Source: Balanoglossus misakiensis (taxonomy: Eukaryota > Animalia > Hemichordata). From it: 64,000 bases of DNA. Where the stretch lies: NCBI GenBank assembly GCA_040954595.2, contig CM082594.2:518208-582207 (forward strand), in the 5' to 3' direction. Shown here piece by piece: positions 20,201-35,200 of this stretch. A model generated the notes under the pieces. It made no database searches and was not told the DNA's origin. It was given only the letters and a program-made list of their open reading frames with translations. The stretch's first letter is position 1, and each line of letters starts with the position of its first letter. The position numbers were made by a program, and so were the translations under genes.

Positions 20201-23200
20201 TCCAAAATTAGCTGATATCTAATAAATGTAGTATTGAACCGTTCTGTCCCCCCCCCCTACATTATATGCGGTACGCCGATGTCAGCTTACCCGGCAGTAC
20301 TGCAGGCCGTGCCCCCAAATAACGTCCTTGTTTGAAACGCCCTGGTTAAATTCGGGCTTTCTCTATAAATTGACAGGCAATAATGCAGTCCTACCCGAAC
20401 AAATGTCGAGTGTTGACCCGCTGCGACTTTCCCTCTTCGGTTTGCCCGACTTAGCCAACGTCTTTGTACTAATGTGTCGGGTCTTTTGCAGAGCCAGGCC
20501 GAAGGAAATCCGACTTGATCACCGTTGCTAACGAACGCTAGTGTCTGTCATGGTGTGCCGGGGTTTTAGTCGAGCCAGGCCGTAGGAGATCTGACTTGAT
20601 CATCGTGGTCAATGTACGCGTGTTTCCGCTCCACAGTGCCGGGGCTTCAGCTAAACCATGCCGTAGGAAATCTGGCGTAATCACCGTTGATAACTCACGC
20701 CAGTGTGTGTCATATAGAGCCGGTGCACCAGCCGAGTCACGCCGTAGGAAATCTGACTTGATCAACGTGGTCAATGTACGCCTGTTTCTGCTCAAAAGTG
20801 CCGGGGCTTTAGCTAAACCATGCTGTAGGAAATCCGACGTAATCACCGTTGATAACTTACGCCAGTCTGTGTCATATAGAGCCGGTGCACCAGCCGAGTC
20901 ACGCCGTAGGAAATCTGACTTGATCAACGTGGTCAATGTACGCCTGTTTCTGCTCTAGAGTGCCGGGGCTTCAGCTGAGCCAGGCCGTAGGAAACCCGAC
21001 GTGATTACCGTTGTTAACTTACGCCAGTCTGTGTCCTATATATAGTGCCGGGCCGAAGGAAATGTGAGTAGATCAACGTGGTCTCTGTACGCGTGTTTCT
21101 GCTCTAGAGTGTCAGGGCTTTAGCAAAGCCATGCCGTAGGAAATCTGACTTGATCAACGTTGCTAACGAACGCTAGTGTCTGTCATAGTGTGCCGGGGTT
21201 TTAGTCGAGCCAAGCCGTAGGAGATCAGACTTGATCAACGTGGTCTCTGTACGCGTGTTTCTGCTCTAGAGTGCCGGGGCTTTATCCAACCCATGCCGTT
21301 GAAAATCTGACTTGATCACCGTTGCTAACGTACGCTAGTGTCTGTCATATTGTGACGAGATTTAGCCGAGCCAGGCCGTAGAAAAATCGACTTGTTCAGC
21401 GTTATCAGTGTGCAACTGTTTCTGCTCTAGAGTGTCAGGGTTTTAGCCGACTTATGCTGTAGGAAATCTGAGTTGATGAACGGGAATTCAATGTTAGAAA
21501 ACCCGTATGGAAAGTATCTCTACCCGTTTGAAACTAAGAAAAGAATTTATTCTTATTTATTTTTTAAAAAAGACAATTTTTCGAAAACAAGTCGAAAATG
21601 GTAATTTTGTCTTGGGTGATTCAAATTATACCACATTTTCTGGAATTTGCAGCACTTTTTACAAGAGAACGACACTTCATGCTCCATAATATTTCCGAAA
21701 ATGAAGAAAAGAGTTTATTTTTTATGATTTTTTAAAAATGTACCATTTTGTCAAAATATGGCCAAAATGGCTATTTTTTCTTGAATTCCGTCAATATCTC
21801 TGCATTTTTGGAGTGGTGGAAAGTTTTAACATACAATCAACATGTCATATATGATCAGGGCACCAAATTCGAAGAACGAAGGTTTTTTTATTTTATTTTT
21901 CTAAAAATAACATTTTCAAGGAAAATTTGGTAAAACGCAATTTTGTATGCAGTAAGCCAAATTAGACGGTCTTTTGTGGAATTTGTATCGATATATATAT
22001 ATACGAAGAGCATTCTATACTCCATCAGATTTCCGAAAATGTAGAAAACAGGTATTTTTTGTAATTTTCAAAAATTTACCATTTTGACCAAATTGTGGTT
22101 AAAATTGTTATTTTCGTGTTGAATGCCGCCAGTGTCACTGCTTTTAAAAGTCATAAAAACTTTTAACATGCAAGCAATTGCTTATATATGATCAGGCCAC
22201 CGAATTAAAAAAATAAAGAATGTTTTGCCTAAAAATGACCTTTTTGGTGCAAAAACGAATAAAACGCAATTTTTGTATTAAATCAGCTCATTCAGAGTGC
22301 ATTTTTTATAATCAGCACCATTTTTACATATATTGGAAATTTCATACATCATCAGATATCCAAATATGAAAAAATGATTTAGATTTTAGATGATTGTCTA
22401 AAATTAGCTGATATCTAATAAATGTAGTATTGAACCGTTCTGTCCCCCCCCCCTACATTATATGCGGTACGCCGATGTCAGCTTACCCGGCAGTACTGCA
22501 GGCCGTGCCCCCAAATAACGTCGGTGTTTGAAACGCCCTGGTTAAATTCGGGCTTTCTCTATAAATTGACAGGCAATAATGCAGTCCTACCCGAACAAAT
22601 GTCGAGTGTTGACCCGCTGTGACTTTCCCTCTTCGGTTTGCCCGACTTAGCCAACGTCTCTGTACTAATGTGTCGGGTCTTTTGCAGAGCCAGGCCGAAG
22701 GAAATCCGACTTGATCACCGTTGCTAACGAACGCTAGTGTCTGTCATGGTGTGCCGGGGTTTTAGTCGAGCCAGGCCGTAGGAGATCTGACTTGATCATC
22801 GTGGTCAATGTACGCGTGTTTCCGCTCTGAAGTGCCGGGGCTTCAGCTAAACCATGCCGTAGGAAATCCGACGTAATCACCGTTGATAACTTACGCCAGT
22901 CTGTGTCATATAGAGCCGGTGCACCAGCCGAGTCACGCCGTAGGAAATCTGACTTGATCAACGTGGTCACTGTACGCCTGTTTCTGCTCTAGAGTGCCGG
23001 GGCTTCATCTGAGCCAGGCCGTAGGAAACCCGACGTGATTACCGTTGTTAACTTACGCCAGTCTGTGTCCTATATATAGTGCCGGGGCATCAGCCGTGCC
23101 AGGCCGAAGGAAATGTGAGTAGATCAACGTGGCCTCTGTACGCGTGTTTCTGCTCTAGAGTGCCGGGGCTTTATCCAAGCCATGCCGTAGAAAATCTGAC

Positions 23201-26200
23201 TTGATCACCGTTGCTAACGTACGATAGTGTCTGTCATATTGTGACGGAGATTTAGCCGAGCCAGGCCGTAGAAAAATCGACTTGTTCAACGTTACCAGTG
23301 TGCAACTGTTTCTGCTCTAAAGTCTCAGGGTTTTAGCCGACTTATGCTGTAGGAAATCTGAGTTGATGAACGGGAATTCAATGTTAGAAAACCCGTGTAG
23401 AAAGTATCTCTACCCGTTTGAAACTAAGAAAAGAATTTATTCTTATTTTTTTTCTAAAAATGACATTTTCAAGGAAAATTTGGTAAAACGCAATTTTGTC
23501 TGCAGTGAGCCAAATTAGATTGTCTTTTGTGGAATTTGTATCGATATATACATACGAAGAGCATTCTATACTCCATCAGATTTCCGAAAATGTAGAAAAC
23601 AGGTATTTTTTGTAATTTTCAAAAATTTACCATTTTGACCAAATTATGGCTAAAATTGTTATTTTCGTGTTGAATGCCGCCAGTGTCACTGCTTTTAAAA
23701 GTCATAAAAACTTTTAACATACAAGCAATTGTTTATATATGATCAGGTCACCGAATTAAAAAAAATAAAGAATGTTTGGCCTAAAAATGACCTTTTTGGC
23801 GCAAAAACGAATAAAACGCAATTTTGTATTAAATAACCTCATTCAGAGTGCATTTTTTTTATAATCAGCACCATTTTTACATATAATGGAAATTTCATAC
23901 ATCACCAGATATCCAAATATGAAAAAATGATTCAGATTTTAGATGATTGTCCAAAATTAGCTGATATCTAATAAATGTAGTATTGAACCGTTCTGTTCCC
24001 CCCCCCTCCCCTACATTATATGCGGTACGCCGATGTCAGCTTACCCGGCAGTACTGCAGGCCGTGCCCCCACCTAACGTCGGTGTTTGAAACGCCCTGGT
24101 TAAATTCGGGCTTTCTCTATAAATTGACAGGCAATAATGCAGTCCTACCCGAACAAATGTCGAGTGTTGACACGCTGTGACTTTCCCTCTTCGGTTTGCC
24201 CGACTTAGCCGACGTCTTTGTACTAGAGTGTCGGGTCTTTTGCAGAGCCAGGCCGAAGGAAATCCGACTTGATCACCGTTGCTAACGAACGCTAGTGTCT
24301 GTCATGGTGTGCCGGTGTTTTAGTCGAGCCAGGCCGTAGGAGATCTGACTTGATCATCGTGGTCAATGTACGCGTGTTTCCGCTCTAAAGTGCCGGGGCT
24401 TCAGCTAAACCAGGCCGTAGGAAATCCGACGTAATCACCGTTGATAACTTACGCCAGTCTGTGTCATATAGAGCCGGTGCACCAGCCGAGTCACGCCGTA
24501 GGAAATCTGACTTGATCAACGTGGTCAATGTACGCCTGTTTCTGCTCTAGAGTGCCGGGGCTTCAGCTGAGCCAGGCCGTAGGAAAACCGACGTGATTAC
24601 AGTTGTTAACTTACGCCAGTCTGTGTCCTATATATAGTGCCGGGGCATCAGCCGTGCCAGGCCGAAGGAAATGTGAGTAGATCAACGTGGTCTCTGTACG
24701 CGTGTTTCTGCTCTAGAGTGTCAGGGCTTTAGCAAAGCCATGCCGTAGGAAATCTGACTTGATCAACGTTGCTAGCGAACGCTAGTGTCTGTCATAGTGT
24801 GCCGGGGTTTTAGTCGAGCCAAGCCGTAGGAGATCAGACTTGATCAACGTGGTCTCTGTACGCGTGTTTCTGCTCTAGAGTGCCGGGGCTTTATCCAACC
24901 CATGCCGTTGAAAATCTGACTTGATCACCGTTGCTAACGTACGCTAGTGTCTGTCATATTGTGACGAGATTTAGCCGAGCCAGGCCGTAGAAAAATCGAC
25001 TTGTTCAACGTTACCAGTGTGCAACTGTTTCTGCTCTAGAGTGTCAGGGTTTTAGCCGACTTATGCTGTAGGAAATCTGAGTTGATGAACGGGAATTCAA
25101 TGTTAGAAAACCCGTGTGGAAAGTATCCCTACCCGTTTGAATCTAAGAAAAGAATTTATTCTTATTTATTTTGTAAAAAAGACAATTTTTCGAAAACATG
25201 TCGAAAATGGTAATTTTGTCTTGGGTGATTCAAATTATACCACATTTTCTGGAATTTGCAGCACTTTTTACAAGAGAACGACACTTCATGCTCCATAATA
25301 TTTCCGAAAATGAAGAAAAGAGTTTATTTTTTATGATTTTTTAAAAATGTACCATTTTGTCAAAATATGGCCAAAATGGCTATTTTTTCTTGAATTCCGT
25401 CAATATCTCTGCATTTTTGGAGTGGTCGAAAGTTTTAACATACAATCAACATGTCATATATGATCAGGGCACCAAATTCGAAGAACGAAGGTTTTTTTAT
25501 TTTATTTTTCTAAAAATGACATTTTCAAGAAAAATTTGGTAAAACGCAATTTTGTCTGCAGTGAGCCAAATTAGACGGTCTTTTGTGGAATTTGTATCGA
25601 TATATATATACGAAGAGCATTCTATACTCCATCAGATTTCCGAAAATGTAGAAAACAGGTATTTTTTGTAATTTTCAAAAATTTACCATTTTGACCAAAT
25701 TGTGGTTAAAATTGTTATTTTCGTGTTGAATGCCGCCAGTGTCACTGCTTTTAAAAGTCATAAAAACTTTTAACATGCAAGCAATTGCATATATATGATC
25801 AGGCCACCGAATTAAAAAAATAAAGAATGTTTTGCCTAAAAATGACCTTTTTGGTGCAAAAACGAATAAAACGCAATTTTGTATTAAATCAGCTCATTCA
25901 GAGTGCATTTTTTATAATCAGCACCATTTTTACATATATTGGAAATTTCATACATCATCAGATATCCAAATATGAAAAAATGATTTAGATTTTAGATGAT
26001 TGTCCAAAATTAGCTGATATCTAATAAATGTAGTATTGAACCGTTCTGTCCCCCCCCCCCTACATTATATGCGGTACGCCGATGTCAGCTTACCCGGCAG
26101 TACTGCAGGCCGTGCCCCCAAATAACGTCGGTGTTTGAAACGCCCTGGTTAAATTCGGGCTTTCTCTATAAATTGACAGGCAATAATACAGTCCTACCCG

Positions 26201-29200
26201 AACAAATGTCGAGTGTTGACCCGCTGTGACTTTCCCTCTTCGGTTTGACCGACTTAGCCAACGTCTTTGTACTAATGTGTCGGGTCTTTTGCAGAGCCAG
26301 GCCGAAGGAAATCCGACTTGATCACCGTTGCTAACGAACGCTAGTGTCTGTCATGGTGTGCCGGGGTTTTAGTCGAGCCAGGCCGTAGGAGATCTGACTT
26401 GATCATCGTGGTCAATGTACGCGTGTTTCCGCTCTAAAGTGCCGGGGCTTCAGCTAAACCATGCCGTAGGAAATCCGACGTAATCACCGTTGATAACTTA
26501 CGCCAGTCTGTGTCATATAGAGCCGGTGCACCAGCCGAGTCACGCCGTAGGAAATCTTACTTGATCAACGTGGTCAATGTACGCCTGTTTCTGCTCTAGA
26601 GTGCCGGGGCTTTAGCTGAGCCTGGCCGTGGGAAACCCGACGTGATTACCGTTGTTAACTTACGCCAGTTTGTGTCCTATATATAGTGCCGGGGCATCAG
26701 CCGTGCCAGGCCGAAGGAAATGTGAGTAGATCAACGTGGTCTCTGTACGCGTGTTTCTGCTCTAGAGTGCCAGGGCTTTAGCCAAGCCATGCCGTAGGAA
26801 ATCTAACTTGATCAACGTTGCTAACGAACGCTAATGTCTGTCATAGTGTGCCGGGGTTTTAGTCGAGCCAGGCCGTAGGAGATCTGACTTGATCATCGTG
26901 GTCAATGTACGCGTGTTTCCGCTCTAAAGTGCCGGGGCTTCAGCTAAACCATGCCGTAGGAAATCCGACGTAATCATCGTTGATAACTTACGCCAGTCTG
27001 TGTCATATAGAGCCGGTGCACCAGCCGAGTCACGCCGTAGGAAATCTTACTTGATCAACGTGGTCAATGTACGCCTGTTTCTGCTCTAGAGTGCCGGGGC
27101 TTTAGCTGAGCCTGGCCGTGGGAAACCCGACGTGATTTCCGTTGTTAACTTACGCCAGTTTGTGTCCTATATATAGTGCCGGGGCATCAGCCGTGCCAGG
27201 CCGAAGGAAATGTGAGTAGATCAACGTGGTCTCTGTACGCGTGTTTCTGCTCTAGAGTGCCAGGGCTTTAGCCAAGCCATGCCGTAGGAAATCTAACTTG
27301 ATCAACGTTGCTAACGAACGCTAATGTCTGTCATAGTGTGCCGGGGTTTTAGTCGAGCCAAGCCGTAGGAGATCAGACTTGATCAACGTGGTCTCTGTAC
27401 GCGTGTTTCTGCTCTAGAGTGCCGGGGCTTTATCCAACCCATGCCGTAGAAAATCTGACTTGATCACCGTTGCTAACGTACGCTAGTGTCTGTCATATTG
27501 TGACGGAGATTTAGCCGAGCCAGGCCGTAGAAAAATCGACTTGTTCAACGTTACCAGTGTGCAACTGTTTCTGCTCTAGAGTGTCAGGGTTTTAGCCGAC
27601 TTATGCTGTAGGAAATCTGAGTTGATGACGGGAATTCAATGTTAGAAAACCCGTGTGGAAAGTATCTCTACCCGTTTGAAACTAAGAAAAGAATTTATTC
27701 TTATTTATTTTGTAAAAAAGACAATTTTTCGAAAAAAAGTCGAAAAATTGCAATTTTGTCTTGGGTAATTCAAATTATACCGCCTTTTCTGGAATTTGCA
27801 GCACTTTTTACATGAGAACGACACTTCATGCTCCATAATATTTCCGAAAATGAAGAAAAGAGTTTATTTTTTATGATTTTTTAAAAATGTACCATTTTGT
27901 CAAAATATGGCCAAAATGGCTATTTTTTCTTGAATTCCGTCAATATCTCTGCATTTTTGGAGTGGTCGAAAGTTTTGACATACAATCAACATGTCATATA
28001 TGATCAGGGCACCAAATTCGAAGAACGAAGGTTTTTTTATTTTATTTTTCTAAAAATGACATTTTCAAGAAAAATTTGGTACAACGCAATTTTGTCTGCA
28101 GTGAGCCAAATTAGACGGTCTTTTGTGGAATTTGTATCGATATATATATACGAAGAGCATTCTATACTCCATCAGATTTCCGAAAATGTAGAAAACAGGT
28201 ATCTTTTGTAATTTTCAAAAATTTACCATTTTGACCAAATTGTGGTTAAAATTGTTATTTTCGTGTTGAATGCCGCCAGTGTCACTGCTTTTAAAAGTCA
28301 TAAAAACTTTTAACATGCAAGCAATTGCTTATATATGATCAGGCCACCGAATTAAAAAAATAAAGAATGTTTTGCCTAAAAATGACCTTTTTGGTGCAAA
28401 AACGAATAAAACGCAATTTTGTATTAAATCAGCTCATTCAGAGTGCATTTTTTATAATCAGCACCATTTTTACATATATTGGAAATTTCATACATCATCA
28501 GATATCCAAATATGAAAAAATGATTTAGATTTTAGATGATTGTCCAAAATTAGCTGATATCTAATAAATGTAGTATTGAACCGTTCTGTCCCCCCCCCCC
28601 CCCCTTACATTATATGCGGTACGCCGATGTCAGCTTACCCGGCAGTACTGTAGGCCGTGCCCCCAACAAACGTCGGTGTTTGAAACGCCCTGGTTAAATT
28701 CGGGCTCTCTCTATAAATCGACAGGCAATAATGCAGTCCTACCGGAACAAATGTCGAGTGTTGACCCGCTGCGACTTTCCCTCTTCGGTTTGCCCAACTT
28801 AGCCAACGTCTTTGTACTAGAGTGTCGGGTCTTTTGCAGAGCCAGGCCGAAGGAAATCCGACTTGATCACCGTTGCTAACGAACGCTAGTGTCTGTCATG
28901 GTGTGCCGGGGTTTTAGTCGAGCCAGGCCGTAGGAGATCTGACTTGATCATCGTGGTCAATGTACGCGTGTTTCCGCTCTAAAGTGCCGGGGCTTCAGCT
29001 AAACCATGCCGTAGGAAATCCGACGTAATCACCGTTGATAACTTACGCCAGTCTGTGTCATATAGAGCCGGTGCACCAGCCGAATCACGCCGTAGGAAAT
29101 CTGACTTGATCAACGTGGTCAATGTACGCCTGTTTCTGCTCTAGAGTGCCGGGGCTTCAGCTGAGCCAGGCCGTAGGAAACCCGACGTGATTACCGTTGA

Positions 29201-32200
29201 TAACTTACGCCAGTCTGTGTCCTATATATAGTGCCGGGGCATCAGCCGTGCCAGGCCGAAGGAAATGTGAGTAGATCAACGTGGTCTCTGTACGCGTGTT
29301 TCTGCTCTAGAGTGCCGGGGCTTTATCCAAGCCATGCCGTAGAAAATCTGACTTGATCACCGTTGCTAACGTACGATAGTGTCTGTCATAGTGTGCCGGG
29401 GTTTTAGTCGAGCCAAGCCGTAGGAGATCAGACTTGATCAACGTGGTCTCTGTACGCGTGTTTCTGCTCTAGAGTGCCGGGGCTTTATCCGAGCTATGCC
29501 GTAGAAAATCTGACTTGATCACCGTTGCTAACTTACGCTAGTGTCTGTCATATTGTGACGGAGATTTAGCCGAGACAGGCCGTAGAAAAATCGACTTGTT
29601 CAACGTTACCAGTGTGCAACTGTTTCTGCTCTAGAGTGTCAGGGTTTTAGCCGACTTATGCTGTAGGAAATCTGAGTTGATGAATGGGAATTCAATGTTT
29701 AAAAACCTGTGTGGAAAGTGTCTCTACCCTTTTGAAACTAAGAAAAGAATTTATTCTTATTTATTTTGAAAAAATCACAATTTTTCGAAAAAAAGTCGAA
29801 AATGGTAATTTTGTCATGGGTGATTCAAATTATACCGCCTTTTCTGGAATTTGCAGCACTTTTTACAAGAGAACGACACTTCATGCTCCATAATATTTCC
29901 GAAAATGAAGAAAAGAGTTAATTTTTTATGATTTTTTAAAAATTTACAATTTTTGTCAAAATATGGCCAAAATGGCTATTTTTTCTTGAATTCCGTCAAT
30001 ATCTCTGCATTTTTGGAGTGGTCGAAAGTTTTAACATACAATCAACATGTCATATATGATCAGGGCACCAAATTCGATGAACAAAGGTTTTTTTTTATTT
30101 TTTTTTCTAAAAATGACATTTTCAAGGAAAATTTGGTAAAACGCAATTTTGTCTGTAGTGAGCCAAATTGGCCGTTTTTTTGTGGAATTTGTATCGATAT
30201 ATGTATACGAAGAGCATTCTATACTCCATCAGATTTCCGAAAATGTAGGAAACAGGTATTTTTTGTAATTTTCAAAAATTTACCATTTTGACCGAATTGT
30301 GGCTAAAATTGTTATTTTCGCGTTGAATGCCGCCAGTGTCACTGCTTTTAAAAGTCATTAAAACTTTTAACATACAAGCAATTGTTTATATATGATCAGG
30401 TCACCTAATTTAAAGAATAAAGAATGTTTTCCCTAAAAATGACCTTTTTGGTGCAAAAACGAATAAAACGCAATTTTGTATTAAATCAGCTCATTCAGAG
30501 TGCATTTTTTATAATCAGCACCATTTTTACATATAATGGAAATTTCATACATCATCAGATATCCAAATATGAAAAAATGATTTAGATTTTAGATGATTGT
30601 CCAAAAGTAGCTGATATCTAATAAATGTAGTATTGAACCGTTCTGTCCCCCCCCCCCCTACATTACATGCGGTACGCCGATGTCAGCTTACCCATCAGTA
30701 CTACAGGCCGTGCCCACAACTAACGTCGGTGTTTGAAACGCCCTGGTTAAATTCGGGCTTTCTCTATAAATTGACAGGCAATAATGTAGTCCTACCGGAA
30801 CAAATGTCGAGTGTTGACCCGCTGTGACTTTCCCTCTTCGGTTTGCCCGACTTAGCCAACGTCTTTGTACTAGAGTGTCGGGTCTTTTGCAGAGCCAGGC
30901 CGAAGGAAATCCGACTTGATCACCGTTGCTAACGAACGCTAGTGTCTGTCATGGTGTGCCGGGGTTTTAGTCGAGCCAGGCCGTAGGAGATCTGACTTGA
31001 TCATCGTGGTCAATGTACGCGTGTTTCCGCTCTAAAGGGCCGGGGCTTCAGCTAAACCAGGCCGTAGGAAATCCGACGTAATCACCGTTGATAACATACG
31101 CCAGTCTGTGTCATATAGAGCCGATGCACCAGCCGAGTCACGCCGTAGGAAATCTTACTTGATCAACGTGGTCAATGTACGCCTGTTTCTGCTCTAGAGT
31201 GCCGGGGCTTCAGCTGAGCCAGGCCGTGGGAAACCCGACGTGATTACCGTTGTTAACTTACGCCAGTTTGTGTCCTATATATAGTGCCGGGGCATCAGCC
31301 GTGCCAGGCCGAAGGAAATGTGAGTAGATCAACGTGGTCTCTGTACGCGTGTTTCTGCTCTAGAGTGCCAGGGCTTTAGCCAAGCCATGCCGTAGGAAAT
31401 CTGACTTGATCACCGTTGCTAACGTACGCTAGTGTCTGTCATATTGTGACGGAGATTTAGCCGAGCCAGGCCGTAGAAAAATCGACTTGTTCAACGTTAC
31501 CAGTGTGCAACTGTTTCTGCTCTAGAGTGTCAGGGTTTTAGCCGACTTATGCTGTAGGAAATCTGAGTTGATGAACGGGAATTCAATGTTAGAAAACCCG
31601 TGTGGAAAGTATCTCTACCCGTTTGAAACTAAGAAAAGAATTTATTCTTATTTATTTTGTAAAAAAGACAATTTTTCGAAAAAAAGTCGAAAAATTGCAA
31701 TTTTGTCTTGGGTGATTCAAATTATACCGCCTTTTCTGGAATTTGCAGCACTTTTTACAAGAGAACGACACTTCATGCTCCATAATATTTCCGAAAATGA
31801 AGAAAAGAGTTAATTTTTTATGATTTTTCAAAAAATTACCATTTTTGTCAAAATATGGCCAAAATGGCTATTTTTCTTGAATTCCGTCAATATCTCTGCA
31901 TTTTTGGAGTGGTCGAGAGTTTTAACATACAATCAACATGTCATATATGATCAGGGCACCAAATTCGAAGAACAAAGGTTTTTTTATTTTTTTTTCTAAA
32001 AATGACATTTTCAAGGAAAATTTGGTAAAACGCAATTTTGTCTGCAGTGAGCCAAATTAGACGGTCTTTTGTGGAATTTGTATCGATATATACATACGAA
32101 GAGCATTCTATACTCCATCAGATTTCCGAAAATGTAGAAAACAGGTATTTTTTGTAATTTTCAAAAATTTACCATTTTGACCAAATTGTGGCTAAAATTG

Positions 32201-35200
32201 TTATTTTCGTGATGAATGCCGCCAGTGTCACTGCTTTTAAAAGTCATAAAAACGTTTAACATACAAGCAATTGTTTATATATGATCAGGTCACCGAATTA
32301 AAAAAATAAAGAATGTTTTGCCTAAAAATGACCTTTTTGGTGCAAAAACGAATAAAACGCAATCTTGTATTAAATCAGTTCATTCAGAGTGCATGTTTTA
32401 TAATAAGCACCAATTTTACATATAATGGAAATTTCATACATCATCAGATATCCAAATATGAAAAAATGATTTAGATTTTAGATGATTGTCCAAAATTAGC
32501 TGATATCTAATAAATGTAGTATTGAACCGTTCTGCCCCCCCCCCCCCCTTACATTATATGCGGTACGCCGATGTCAGCTTACCCGGCAGTACTGTAGGCC
32601 GTGCCCCCAACAAACGTCGGTGTTTGAAACGCCCTGGTTAAATTCGGGCTCTCTCTATAAATCGACAGGCAATAATGCAGTCCTACCGGAACAAATGTCA
32701 AGTGTTGAACCGCTGTGACTTTCCCTGTTCGGTTTGCCCGACTAAGCCAACGTCTTTGTACTAGAGTGTCGGGTCTTTTGCAGAGCCAGGCCGAAGGAAA
32801 TCCGACTTGATCACCGTTGCTAACGAACGCTAGTGTCTGTCATGGTGTGCCGGGGTTTTAGTCGAGCCAGGCCGTAGGAGATCTGACTTGATCATCGTGG
32901 TCAATGTACGCGTGTTTCCGCTCTAAAGTGTCGGGGCTTCAGCTAAACCAGGCCGTAGGAAATCCGACGTAATCACCGTTGATAACTTACGCCAGTCTGT
33001 GTCATATAGAGCCGGTGCACCAGCCGAGTCACGCCGTAGGAAATCTGACTTGATCAACGTGGTCAATGTACGCCTGTTTCTGCTCTAGAGTGCCGGGGCT
33101 TCAGCTGAGCCAGGCCGTAGGAAACCCGACGTGATTACCGTTGTTAACTTACGCCAGTCTGTGTCCTATATATAGTGCCGGGGCATCAGCCGTGCCAGGC
33201 CGAAGGAAATGTGAGTAGATCAACGTGGTCTCTGTACGCGTGTTTCTGCTCTAGAGTGTCAGGGCTTTAGCAAAGCCATGCCGTAGGAAATCTGACTTGA
33301 TCAACGTTGCTAACGAACGCTAGTGTCTGTCATAGTGTGCCGGGGTTTTAGTCGAGCCAAGCCGTAGGAGATCAGACTTGATCAACGTGGTCTCTGTACG
33401 CGTGTTTCTGCTCTAGAGTGCCGGGGCTTTATCCAACCCATGCCGTTGAAAATCTGACTTGATCACCGTTGCTAACGTACGCTAGTGTCTGTCATATTGT
33501 GACGAGATTTAGCCGAGCCAGGCCGTAGAAAAATCGACTTGTTCAACGTTACCAGTGTGCAACTGTTTCTGCTCTAGAGTGTCAGGGTTTTAGCCGACTT
33601 GTGCTGTAGGAAATCTGAGTTGATGAACGGGAATTCTATGTTAGAAAACCCGTGTGTAAAGTATCTCTACCCGTTTGAAACTAAGAAAAGAATTTATTCT
33701 TATTTATTTTGTAAAACAAGACAATTTTTCGAAAAAAAGTCGAAAATGGTAATTTTGTCTTGGGTCATTCAAATTATACCGCCTTTTCTGGAATTTGCAG
33801 CACTTTTTACAAGAGAACGACACTTCATGCTCCATAATATTTCCGAAAATGAAGAAAAGAGTTAATTTTTTATGATTTTTTAAAAAATTACCATTTTTGT
33901 CAAAATATGGCCAAAATGGCTATTTTTTCTTGAATTCCGTCAATATCTCTGCATTTTTGGAGTGGTCGAAAGTTTTAACATACAATCAACATGTCATATA
34001 TGATCAGGGCACCAAATTCGAAGAACAAAGTTTTTTTTAGTTTTTTTTTCTAAAAATGACATTTTCAAGGAACATTTGGTAAAACGCAATTTTGTCTGCA
34101 GTGAGCCAAATTAGACGGTCTTTTGTGGAATTTGTATCGATATATACATACGAAGAGCATTCTATACTCCATCAGATTTCCGAAAATGTAGAAAACAGGT
34201 ATTTTTTGTAATTTTCAAAAATTTACCATTTTGACCAAATTGTGGCTAAAATTGTTATTTTCGTGATGAATGCCGCCAGTGTCACTGCTTTTAAAAGTCA
34301 TAAAAACGTTTAACATACAAGCAATTGTTTATATATGATCAGGTCACCGAATTAAAAAAATAAAGAATGTTTTGCCTAAAAATGACCTTTTTGGTGCAAA
34401 AACGAATAAAACGCAATCTTGTATTAAATCAGTTCATTCAGAGTGCATGTTTTATAATAAGCACCAATTTTACATATAATGGAAATTTCATACATCATCA
34501 GATATCCAAATATGAAAAAATGATTTAGATTTTAGATGATTGTCCAAAATTAGCTGATATCTAATAAATGTAGTATTGAACCGTTCTGCCCCCCCCCCCC
34601 CTTACATTATATGCGGTACGCCGATGTCAGCTTACCCGGCAGTACTGTAGGCCGTGCCCCCAACAAACGTCGGTGTTTGAAACGCCCTGGTTAAATTCGG
34701 GCTCTCTCTATAAATCGACAGGCAATAATGCAGTCCTACCGGAACAAATGTCAAGTGTTGAACCGCTGTGACTTTCCCTGTTCGGTTTGCCCGACTAAGC
34801 CAACGTCTTTGTACTAGAGTGTCGGGTCTTTTGCAGAGCCAGGCCGAAGGAAATCCGACTTGATCACCGTTGCTAACGAACGCTAGTGTCTGTCATGGTG
34901 TGCCGGGGTTTTAGTCGAGCCAGGCCGTAGGAGATCTGACTTGATCATCGTGGTCAATGTACGCGTGTTTCCGCTCTAAAGTGTCGGGGCTTCAGCTAAA
35001 CCAGGCCGTAGGAAATCCGACGTAATCACCGTTGATAACTTACGCCAGTCTGTGTCATATAGAGGCGGTGCACCAGCCGAGTCACGCCGTAGGAAATCTG
35101 ACTTGATCAACGTGGTCAATGTACGCCTGTTTCTGCTCTAGAGTGCCGGGGCTTCAGCTGAGCCAGGCCGTAGGAAACCCGACGTGATTACCGTTGTTAA

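Noticed and set aside
20538-20958. 27-aa periodic ORFs on both strands of the 81-bp array (possible repeat protein)
   Set aside because: The periodicity follows from 81 = 27 x 3. Most copies have in-frame TAG/TAA (e.g. CTCTAGAG), and the 85-bp monomer breaks the frame.
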